In this document: positions 1 to 8,441 of the stretch, piece by piece | Position numbering within the stretch: position 1 is the first letter of the stretch | How the letters are laid out: every line of letters begins with the position of its first letter | Origin: Myxococcota bacterium | Lineage (GTDB): Bacteria > Myxococcota_A > Polyangia > Polyangiales > Sandaracinaceae | DNA length: 59,341 nucleotides | Assembly: GCA_036149055.1 (NCBI GenBank) | Contig: JAYZQJ010000240.1 | Coordinates: 1-59,341, forward strand | Reading direction: 5' to 3' | Made by a program: the position numbers and the translations under genes | Notes under the pieces: model-generated | Databases searched by the model: none | Told to the model about the DNA's origin: nothing | What the model saw: the letters and a program-made list of their open reading frames with translations, nothing else

Positions 1-510
1 ACTTTGCGTCTTTGCGCCTTTGCGTGAGTAAAAAAAGCTGACGCCAAGCCAACATCAGCCCACCAAGCCCCGGCGAGCCCCCACCCCGCCGCCATCTCTG
101 CGACTCTGCGCCTCTGCGAGAGAAAAAAAGCAGCCGCCAAGCCGCGGTCAGCCCACCAAGTCCCGGCGAGCCCCCACCCCGCTGCCCCGTCCCGACTTTG
201 CGTCTTTGCGCCTTTGCGTGAGTAAAAAAAGCTGACGCCAAGCCAACATCAGCCCACCAAGCCCCGGCGAGCCCCCACCCCGCCGCCAACTCTGCGACTC
301 TGCGCCTCTGCGAGAGAAAAAAAGCAGCCGCCAAGCCGCCCTCAGCCCACCAAGCCCCGGCGGGCCCCCACCCCGCTGCCCCATTTCATCTTTGCGCCTT
401 TGCGGCTTTGCGAGAGTAAAAAAAACTGACGCCAAGCCGCGTTCAACCCACCAAGCCCCGGCGAGCCGCCACCTCGTGGCCCGCCACCATCGTCGCGCCT
501 TTGCGTGAGC
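1..510. repeat. Intergenic tandem repeat: ~97-bp monomers in two alternating variants (194-bp higher-order period), probably continuing beyond the window start
   Basis: Monomers start near 1, 95, 195, 289 and 389, with a partial copy near 497. Each has CT(T/C)TGCG x3, an A-run and CCCACCAAG(C/T)CCCGGCG. Bases 1-~190 recur almost exactly from 195. Confidence 0.9.
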
Positions 511-534
511 CGCGGGGGCAGGAGGGGGCGCGGT

Positions 535-1317
535 TCAGTTCAAGCTGAGGGGCCCTCGCTCGAGACGGGCGAGGGTTCGGGCGACGTCGGCGTCGCGGTG
601 GTCGACGAGGTACGCCGCGAGATCGTCGGCGGCCGCGTGGGGCGCGCCGAGGGCGGCGGCGCGGAGGCCTCGGTCGCAGCGCGCGATCGGCGAGCCCGTG
701 ATCTCGTAGAGGCGGTCGAGCACGAGCATGCTGCGGCCGCGGTCGCCGCGCTCCTCGTAGGCGCGCTGCAGGTTCTGCAGGAGGCGCACCGCGAGGGTCC
801 GGGTGCTCACGGGGGCGAGGAAGCGCTCGCCGTCCTCGGGGCGGACCCGCAGCGCCTCCGCCGCGAGCGAGAGGAGCGAGTCGGCGGGGAACGGGAAGGC
901 GCCGCTCGACGGATCGATGAAGACCGGGGAGGCGGCCTCGTAGCGGACCATGAAGTGGCCGGGGAAGGCGACGCCGGCGAGCGGGACGTCGAAGCGTCGG
1001 CCGAGCGCGATCAGCACCGCGGCGAGCGCGACCGGCGAGCCCTCGCGGCGCGCGATCACGCGGTCGACGAGGTGCAGCTCGGGATCGCCGTAGGTCTCGG
1101 GCGTGCGGAAGCCGAGCCGAAGGAACATGCCGTACACCAGCCGACCGAGCCGCCGCGGCAGCTCGACCGCGCCCACGTAGGGGGCGATGCGATCGGCCAG
1201 CCGGTCCAGCTCGAGGCCGAGGCGCTCGGGGGTCATCGAGGGGCTCTCGTCGGCCGCCAGCGCGGCGAGGGTCGCCTCGAGATCGTCTCGCGCGATCGCG
1301 CTTCGGAGCTCGTCCAT
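535..1317 (-). CDS. SirB1-family transglutaminase-like protein with C-terminal TPR-like region
   Basis: Motifs LVDRVIARREGSPVALA, GVAFPGHFMVR, FIDP and RLLQNL. ATG at 1317 chosen; the ORF track starts at 1329. Confidence 0.8.
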   Translation of the reverse strand: MDELRSAIARDDLEATLAALAADESPSMTPERLGLELDRLADRIAPYVGAVELPRRLGRLVYGMFLRLGFRTPETYGDPELHLVDRVIARREGSPVALAAVLIALGRRFDVPLAGVAFPGHFMVRYEAASPVFIDPSSGAFPFPADSLLSLAAEALRVRPEDGERFLAPVSTRTLAVRLLQNLQRAYEERGDRGRSMLVLDRLYEITGSPIARCDRGLRAAALGAPHAAADDLAAYLVDHRDADVARTLARLERGPLSLN

Positions 1318-1354
1318 CGCCCGCCACAACCGCGGCCGCCGGCGATGGATTCCC

Positions 1355-2128
1355 TCAGATTCCGTCGGGCCAGACCACCTCGTTCATGGGGTCGGCGGGG
1401 CGCGCGAGCAGGTAGCCCTGGCCGTAGTGCACGCCCGCGTCGATGACCACGCGGAGCTCGTCGACCGTCTCGATCCCCTCGGCGACGACCCGGGCGCCGA
1501 GGTCCTCGCAGAGCCGCACGAGGTGGCGCAGGATGACCTGCTTCGCCGCGTGCTGATCGGCGTGCATCACCAGGCTGCGGTCGAGCTTCACGATCGCGGG
1601 CCCTAGCTCCGCGATGCGCAGGAGGTTGGACTGGCCGGCGCCGAAGTCGTCGACGACGAGCTGCGCGTTGAGGCGACCGCAGAGCTCGCGCAGCGCACCG
1701 GAGACCAGCTCGAAGTAGTCGAACGCGGCGCTCTCGGTGACCTCGAGGAAGAGCCCGTGCTCGAAGAAGTTCATCGGATCGTCGGGCCGGACGATCCAGC
1801 GCTCGCTCAGCTCGTGCGGGTGCAGGTTCACGAAGAGCGGCACCTCGGGCGCGCGGGCGAAGCCGGCCTCGCGGGTGAGGCGGCCGAGGCGACCGGTCGC
1901 GCCCTGGAGCTCGGCCTGCTCGAAGAGGATCGCCGGGTTCGCGAACATCTCGCGCCGGCAGCGCGCGAGCATCTCGGCGGCGAAGATCTCCTTCGTCTCG
2001 AGATCGACGATGGGCTGAAACGCCACACCCATCTCGTTCGCCTCGATGGCGCGGACCCGCGCGGGCGGGGGCTGGCTGCGGAGCGCTTCCGGGACCTCGG
2101 CGGTCTGGGTCCAGAGTTTCTTGGCCAC
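1355..2128 (-). CDS. Stand-alone EAL-domain c-di-GMP phosphodiesterase
   Basis: AFQPIV, EMLAR (EAL variant), FVN, LEVTE, DDFGAG, VKLDRS, VAEGIET and QGY motifs. Confidence 0.9.
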   Translation of the reverse strand: MAKKLWTQTAEVPEALRSQPPPARVRAIEANEMGVAFQPIVDLETKEIFAAEMLARCRREMFANPAILFEQAELQGATGRLGRLTREAGFARAPEVPLFVNLHPHELSERWIVRPDDPMNFFEHGLFLEVTESAAFDYFELVSGALRELCGRLNAQLVVDDFGAGQSNLLRIAELGPAIVKLDRSLVMHADQHAAKQVILRHLVRLCEDLGARVVAEGIETVDELRVVIDAGVHYGQGYLLARPADPMNEVVWPDGI

Positions 2129-2184
2129 GCCCCAGCGTACATCGAACCGCCCGCGGCCTGGGAGCGGCTATACTCGCGGCGGCG

Positions 2185-3513
2185 ATGCTGCGGGCTTTCG
2201 GACGTTACCGCCTGCGCCGCGAGATCGCGGCCGGGACCCTCGTGGTGACGCACGACGCGGTGGAGGGCGACGGGCGCTGGATCGTCCGGGTGAGCAAGAT
2301 GCCCGCGAAGCTCGACGCCGACGCCCGGGCGAGGCTCGACGCCGACGCGAAGGCGGCCGCGGCGCTCCCGCCCCATCACTGCGACCCGGTGCGCGCGCAC
2401 GGCGTGCAACACGGTTTGCCGTACACCGCGCACCCGTTCCAGGAGGTGCGCCCGGCCTCCGCCGTGTCCTGGACGCCGCGGCTCTCGGCCCTCGTGGCGC
2501 GGGACGTCGCCCACGCGCTCGCCGACGCGCACCGCCTCGGCCTCGTGCACGGCGACGTCGCGCTCGATCACGTCTTCGTCGACGACCGCGGGCGGGCGCG
2601 CCTCTCGGGCTTCGCGCTGGCGCCGGTGGTGCTGCTGGCCGCGGCGGCGATGCCCCAGCTCGCGCGGCTGAGCGCCGGCCGCCGCGCTCCGGAGCTCGGC
2701 GCGAGCGGGCTGCCCACGCCGGCGTCGGACCTCTACGCGCTCGGCCGGCTGATCGAGGCCCTCGCGCCCGACGACGCGCTGCGCGAGCGGGCCCGGGCGC
2801 TGACGTCCTCCGCTCCGTCCGAGCGAGGCGACGCGGCCGGGGCGGCGCGCGCGCTCGCCGCGCTCGTGCCCAACGTGGCCGCCACCCGGAGCGCGCTCGG
2901 CGGCGCGGTCGGGCTCGACGTGACGCTGGACGAGGAGGCGCCGCTCCCGGACGAGTCGGCGCCGGCAGAGACCGCGCGCCGACGCGATCCGGCGCAGGAC
3001 GCGGCCTCGACGCGCGCGATCCTGGACGAGCTGGACGGGCCGAGCACCGACGAGGACGCGCTGAGCGACGCGACGGTGGCCGAGATCATGGCGCCCGGGG
3101 ATCGCGGCGACCCGACCACCCTGCCGCCGCCCCCGCCGCCGGATGGGGACACGGAGCAGGTCGTGCTCCCCGAGGCGCGGCAGACGCTCGACGAGCCCCC
3201 GACCTTCGTGGAGCCGCGCCGCGACCATCGCACCGAGCTGATCTTCGGCCCGCCCAGCGCGGACGAGCTGCCCGTCGAGCGCACCGCGGAGCTCCGCCTC
3301 CCGGAGGCCGCCCCGCCGCCGCCCCCCGTGGATCCCCGCGCGATGTTCCCTCCGCCGAAGCCGGACCCGGTGAAGGCGGCGCTGGACTGGCTCGAGGAGC
3401 GAGGCCAACAGGTGGTGCTGGGCTGGGAGCTGCGCTGGATCGCCCTGGCCGTCGTCGGCGCCTTCGTCATGATGGCCCTGATCGCGGTGGTCACGATGCT
3501 GGTCGCCGGCTGA
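2185..3513 (+). CDS. Ser/Thr kinase-like (probable pseudokinase) protein with Pro/acidic linker and C-terminal TM helix
   Basis: FGRYRL start, LVHGDV, APE and SDLYALG motifs, and a hydrophobic C-terminus. Confidence 0.75.
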   Translation: MLRAFGRYRLRREIAAGTLVVTHDAVEGDGRWIVRVSKMPAKLDADARARLDADAKAAAALPPHHCDPVRAHGVQHGLPYTAHPFQEVRPASAVSWTPRLSALVARDVAHALADAHRLGLVHGDVALDHVFVDDRGRARLSGFALAPVVLLAAAAMPQLARLSAGRRAPELGASGLPTPASDLYALGRLIEALAPDDALRERARALTSSAPSERGDAAGAARALAALVPNVAATRSALGGAVGLDVTLDEEAPLPDESAPAETARRRDPAQDAASTRAILDELDGPSTDEDALSDATVAEIMAPGDRGDPTTLPPPPPPDGDTEQVVLPEARQTLDEPPTFVEPRRDHRTELIFGPPSADELPVERTAELRLPEAAPPPPPVDPRAMFPPPKPDPVKAALDWLEERGQQVVLGWELRWIALAVVGAFVMMALIAVVTMLVAG

Positions 3514-3601
3514 GGTCGACCGACCCCGGATCGTAGGCGTTCACCCCACGGATCGCGCCGACCCGGGGCCCGAATCGGACCGTTGCCGCGATGGCACGAA
3601 A

Positions 3602-6022
3602 GTGGAGTACCGTGGAGGCGTGCCGCTCGGTCGATTGATCTCTCAGCTGACCCTCACGGCCTCGGTGGGGGGCGACCCGGTCGTCCAGTCCTACCGCCTC
3701 GAGGAGGCGCTCGACCGCCCCTACGCCCTCTCGATCACCTTCGCGGCGCCGTCCCCGGATCTCGATCTCGCCTCGCTCCTGGGCTGCGACGCCACGCTCA
3801 CCCTCTCCCGCGCGCCCCTCGAGCGACGGGTGACGGGCATCGTGCGCGCGGTGAAGGAGGGCGACGCCCGGAGCGACGGCACCCTGGGCGTGGGCCTGGA
3901 GATCGTGCCGGCGCTCTACATGCTCTCGCTCCGGCGGAACACCCGCATGTTCCAGGGCCGCACCGCGCCGGAGATCCTCGACGCGGTGCTCTCCGAGGCG
4001 CTCGGCCCCTACGGGCGCGAGGTGCGCTCGGAGCTCGACCCCGGCGCCTACCCGGCGCGCGAGTACTGCCTGCAGTACCAGGAGACCGACCTCGCCTTCG
4101 TGAGCCGCCTGATGGAGGAGGAGGGCATCCACTACGCCTTCGACCACGAGGGCGACGTGGAGCTGCTCGTGCTCCGCGACTCGAACGACGCGGCCGAGCC
4201 GGTGCCCTCGACCCGCGGCGGCGGCGTGCTCTCCCACCAGCCGCACTCCCTGGTCGTGACCGACGAGGAGCCGGTCTACGCCCTGATCCGTCACCGCACG
4301 CACCACGCGACCGGCGTGACGGTGCGCGACTTCGACTGGACCCGCTCCGCGCTGCCGATCGAGTCCGCCGACCTCGGCGAGGACGAGCTGGGCCGCACCC
4401 GCGAGAGCTACGAGCACGGGTGGGGGCGCTCGCTGACGATCGGGGACTACGACGCGGGCGCCCGCCGCTACCAGCGGGAGGACGGGGCGCGCCAGGCGAC
4501 GGTGCGACGGGAGGCGCACGCCGCGCGCGACGTCGTCGGCCACGGCGTCTCCCGGGTGATCGGCCTCCAGCCGGGGGCGCGCTTCCAGCTCGCGGGCCAC
4601 GACGCCCCCGGGCTCGACGACGCCTACCTCGTGACCCGCGTGGTGCACACGAGCGAGCCCGCGCCGCGGGACGACGCGCCGGGCGCGGAGGAGTACCACA
4701 ACGTCTTCGAGTGCATCCCGCGGTCGGTGCCGCACCGGCCGGCGCGGCGCACGCCCAAGCCGCGCATCGCGTCGGTCCAGACGGCGATCGTGACCGGGCC
4801 GGCGGGCGAGGAGATCCACTGCGACGAGTGGGGCCGGGTCACCGTGCGCTTCCCCTGGGACCGCGAGAACCCGGCGGACGACAGCGCCAGCACCTGGCTG
4901 CGGGTGCAGCAGAAGTGGGCGGGCGCGGGCTGGGGCACGCTCTGGGTCCCGCGCGTGGGCACCGAGGTCGTGGTGCAGTTCGTCGACGGCGATCCCGATC
5001 GCCCGCTGGTCACCGGCTGCCTCTACGACGCCAACCTCCTGCTCCCCTACGACCTGCCGGCGGAGAAGACGAAGAGCACCATCAAGACCCGGAGCTCCCC
5101 CGGCGGCGGCGGCTTCAACGAGATCCGCTTCGAGGACCGCGCGGGCTCGGAGGAGGTGTTCATCCACTCCCAGAAGGACACCAACCGCGTCACCCTGAAC
5201 GACGACACGAACAGCGTCGGGCACGACCAGACCATCACGGTCGGCAACGATCAGGCGCAGACCGTGGGCGTGGACCAGGCCGAGGAGATCGGCGTGAACC
5301 AGACGATGACGGTCGGCGCGAACCGCGCGGTGACCGTCAGCGGGAGCTTCTCCGAGACCATCGACGGCAGCTCGACGATCACCGTGCGCGGGCACGCCAC
5401 CGAGACCCTGCACGCGGGCGAGACCCAGACGGTGAACGCGGGCCGCACCGAGACGGTCTCTGGCGGCGAGACCCGGACCATCGACGGCGGCCACACCGAG
5501 ACGGTCGACGGCGGCCTCACCCAGACCGTCAACGGCGGCCTCACCCAGGACGTGACCGGATCCGTCAACGAGACGTTCACCGGCGACCACGCGAGCTCGG
5601 TCGGTGCCGCCTTCACCCACTCGATCGACGGCGGCGCGAGCGTCTTCACGCCGGGCGGCTTCGACATCATCACCGCCGGCAGCTGGAACCTGACCGCGCC
5701 GCCGGGCGCGCTGACCATCGCCCCGGGCGGCTACACCGCGATCGCGGGCGGCGGTCACCTCTGGATCGAGGCGATGAACCTCGAGCTGCCCGGCGCCTAC
5801 AAGTCCATCTCGTTCAGCGACCTGACGCTCACCGGGCTCTCGGTGAGCGTGAAGGGCGCGGTCGCCGAGACCAAGGTGCTCAACCTCGAGTACGTGGGCG
5901 TGTCGATCGCGCTCACCGGCGCGCGCGCCGAGATCGACAGCCTGAACGTCACCATCGCCGGCCTCGTGTGCACCGTGCACGGGCCGAAGCTCGGGATGAG
6001 CGGGATCCACATCTACATCTGA
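3602..6022 (+). CDS. vgrG: Type VI secretion spike protein VgrG/TssI (paralogue 1)
   Basis: REYCLQYQETDLAFVSRLMEEEGIHY, DEWGRVTVRFPWDR, PRVGTEVVVQFVDGDPDRP and FNEIRFED motifs, then gp5-C-like beta repeats. Confidence 0.95.
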   Translation: MEYRGGVPLGRLISQLTLTASVGGDPVVQSYRLEEALDRPYALSITFAAPSPDLDLASLLGCDATLTLSRAPLERRVTGIVRAVKEGDARSDGTLGVGLEIVPALYMLSLRRNTRMFQGRTAPEILDAVLSEALGPYGREVRSELDPGAYPAREYCLQYQETDLAFVSRLMEEEGIHYAFDHEGDVELLVLRDSNDAAEPVPSTRGGGVLSHQPHSLVVTDEEPVYALIRHRTHHATGVTVRDFDWTRSALPIESADLGEDELGRTRESYEHGWGRSLTIGDYDAGARRYQREDGARQATVRREAHAARDVVGHGVSRVIGLQPGARFQLAGHDAPGLDDAYLVTRVVHTSEPAPRDDAPGAEEYHNVFECIPRSVPHRPARRTPKPRIASVQTAIVTGPAGEEIHCDEWGRVTVRFPWDRENPADDSASTWLRVQQKWAGAGWGTLWVPRVGTEVVVQFVDGDPDRPLVTGCLYDANLLLPYDLPAEKTKSTIKTRSSPGGGGFNEIRFEDRAGSEEVFIHSQKDTNRVTLNDDTNSVGHDQTITVGNDQAQTVGVDQAEEIGVNQTMTVGANRAVTVSGSFSETIDGSSTITVRGHATETLHAGETQTVNAGRTETVSGGETRTIDGGHTETVDGGLTQTVNGGLTQDVTGSVNETFTGDHASSVGAAFTHSIDGGASVFTPGGFDIITAGSWNLTAPPGALTIAPGGYTAIAGGGHLWIEAMNLELPGAYKSISFSDLTLTGLSVSVKGAVAETKVLNLEYVGVSIALTGARAEIDSLNVTIAGLVCTVHGPKLGMSGIHIYI

Positions 6023-6035
6023 GGGGGGAGGCGCG

Positions 6036-8426
6036 TTGCTGGAAAGGTTGCGGTACGAGCTCGAGGCGGACGCGCCCGTCGGTCCCCTCGACGTGGTGCG
6101 CGTGACCCTCGCCGAGGCGCTCGACGAGCCCTACGTGCTGACCGTCCGGGCGCGCCTGGCCGATCGCGCGGTCGACCCGTCCGAGCTGATCGGGCGCGAC
6201 GCGGCGCTGACCTTCACCCGCGGGGCGGTGACCCGGACCCAGCGCGGGCTCGTGCGCACGCTGCGCGAGGGGCACCTCCGCCCCGACGGCGGCGCCGACG
6301 TGGAGCTCGAGATCGTGCCGGCCCTCGCGCTCCTGTCGCTCCGGCGCGACACCCGCATGTTCCAGGACCAGACCGCGCCCGACATCCTGCGCGCGGTGCT
6401 CGAGGAGGGCCTCGCGCCGTACGGCCGCGCGGTGCAGCTCGATCTCGACGACACCTACCTCCGCCGCGAGCACTGCCTGCAGTACCAGGAGAGCGACCTC
6501 GCCTTCGTGTCGAGGCTGATGGAGGAGGAGGGCATCCACTACGCGTTCGAGCACGACGGCGCGACCGAGCTGCTCGTCCTGCGCGACGCCAACCGCTTCG
6601 CCGCGCCGATCGAGACGGTGCCGACGGCGGGCGCCCTGCCCTTCCCGCGGCACGACTCGACGATGCCGGACGCCGAGCCGGTCAACCACTTCACCCGCGG
6701 TCACCGCCCGGTCACCACCGCGGTCGCGCTCCGGGATCTCGACTGGACGAGCGGGCCGCTGGTGGTCGAGGCGTCGGAGGGCGGCGCCGACGCGCTCGGC
6801 CGGACGCGCGAGAGCTACGAGCACGGCGAGGGGCGCTCGATCTCGGTCACCCACTACGACGAGGGCGCGCGCCGCTACCAGGCCCACGACGCCGAGCGGC
6901 AGGCGCGCATCCGGCTCGAGGCGCACGGCGCGCGCGGGCTGGTGGGGCGCGGCGTGGGCCGGGCGGTCGGCCTGCAGCCCGGCGTGCGCTTCACGCTCTC
7001 GGGCCACCCCTTCGTCGACGCCGACGACGCCTACCTGGTCACCCGCGTCTTCCACTCGAGCGAGCCTCACGGCGACCTCGACGCCACGCCGGGCGTGGAG
7101 GCCTACCACAACGTCTTCGAGTGCATCCCGCTCTCGGTCCCCTACCGGCCGCGGCGCCGCACGCCCAAGCCGGTGATCCCCTCGATGCAGACCGCGATCG
7201 TGACCGGCGACGGGGAGATCCACACCGACCCGCACGGCCGGGTGCAGGTGCTCTTCCACTGGGACCGGCAGCACGAGGCGGCCGCGGGCTCGAGCTGCTG
7301 GATCCGGGTCCGCCACGACTGGGCCGGCGAGAGCTGGGGTCACCTCTGGATCCCGCGGGTGGGCATGGAGGTGGTGGTCCAGTTCATGGACGGCGATCCG
7401 GATCGGCCGCTCGTCACCGGCGCGCTCTACGACGCCGCGCACCCCCCGCCCTACTCGCTGCCGGCCGAGAAGACGAAGAGCACCATCAAGTCGAACAGCT
7501 CCCCGGGCGGCGGCGGGTTCAACGAGGTGCGCTTCGAGGACCTCGCGGGCAGCGAGGAGATGTTCATCCACGCCCAGAAGGACTCCAACGCGATCACGCG
7601 CAACGACGAGTCCGTGAGCGTCGGCGTGGACCAGACGATCTCGATCGGCGCCAACCAGCGCCAGCGCGTGGGCAACGACCAGACCGAGGAGATCGGCAAC
7701 GACCAGACGCTGACGGTCGGCGCCGACCGCACCATCACGGTGGGCGGCTCGTTCACCGAGACCATCGGCGCGACCTCCACCATCGACGTGCACGCGCACG
7801 CGACCGAGACGCTGAACGCGGGCGAGACGCAGACGGTGAGCGCGGGTCGCACCGAGACGGTGGACGGCGGCGAGACCCGCACCGTCAACGGCGGGCAGAC
7901 CGAGACGATCGACGGCGGGCTCACCCAGACGGTGTCGGGCGGCGTCACCCAGAGCGTCACCGGCGCGGTGACCGAGACGTTCAGCGCCGCGCACACCAAC
8001 ACCACGACCGGCAGCCTCAGCCACACCGTGCTCGGCGGCTCGACCACCATCGCCGGCGGCAGCTACTCGCTCACCGCGCTCGGCGGCTACACCAGCATCG
8101 CGCCCGCGGGCTGCACCTTCCTGACGCCCGCCTGGTTCACGGTGATCGCGCCCGCGAACCAGACCCGCATCGAGGCGCAGATCGACAAGCTCCTCGGCTT
8201 CGAGATGACGATCCGCGGGATCGGGCTCGGGGTGACGGGGGCGGAGATCGCCGGCGCGACGATCGGCATCGAGGCGAAGGGGGTCAGCGTCTCGCTCACC
8301 GGCGCGTCGGCCACGCTCAACGCGCCGAAGATCCAGCTCGAGAGCGTCTACCTCGAGCCCTCCTCGGTCCGCGCGGTCACCACCGGCTGCCGGGTGCACA
8401 TCGCCGGGATCCACCTGTTCGTCTGA
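6036..8426 (+). CDS. vgrG: VgrG/TssI (paralogue 2)
   Basis: QYQESDLAFVSRLMEEEGI, IPRVGMEVVVQFMDGDPDRP and FNEVRFED..EEMFIHAQKD motifs. TTG start follows a G/A-rich RBS. Confidence 0.95.
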   Translation: MLERLRYELEADAPVGPLDVVRVTLAEALDEPYVLTVRARLADRAVDPSELIGRDAALTFTRGAVTRTQRGLVRTLREGHLRPDGGADVELEIVPALALLSLRRDTRMFQDQTAPDILRAVLEEGLAPYGRAVQLDLDDTYLRREHCLQYQESDLAFVSRLMEEEGIHYAFEHDGATELLVLRDANRFAAPIETVPTAGALPFPRHDSTMPDAEPVNHFTRGHRPVTTAVALRDLDWTSGPLVVEASEGGADALGRTRESYEHGEGRSISVTHYDEGARRYQAHDAERQARIRLEAHGARGLVGRGVGRAVGLQPGVRFTLSGHPFVDADDAYLVTRVFHSSEPHGDLDATPGVEAYHNVFECIPLSVPYRPRRRTPKPVIPSMQTAIVTGDGEIHTDPHGRVQVLFHWDRQHEAAAGSSCWIRVRHDWAGESWGHLWIPRVGMEVVVQFMDGDPDRPLVTGALYDAAHPPPYSLPAEKTKSTIKSNSSPGGGGFNEVRFEDLAGSEEMFIHAQKDSNAITRNDESVSVGVDQTISIGANQRQRVGNDQTEEIGNDQTLTVGADRTITVGGSFTETIGATSTIDVHAHATETLNAGETQTVSAGRTETVDGGETRTVNGGQTETIDGGLTQTVSGGVTQSVTGAVTETFSAAHTNTTTGSLSHTVLGGSTTIAGGSYSLTALGGYTSIAPAGCTFLTPAWFTVIAPANQTRIEAQIDKLLGFEMTIRGIGLGVTGAEIAGATIGIEAKGVSVSLTGASATLNAPKIQLESVYLEPSSVRAVTTGCRVHIAGIHLFV

Positions 8427-8441
8427 GAGAGGTCCATCGTC

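Noticed and set aside
1..510. CRISPR array, or the 95-aa ORF at 148-435
   Set aside because: The sequence between conserved blocks is itself repeated (no unique spacers), no cas genes are present, and the ORF is just the translated repeat.
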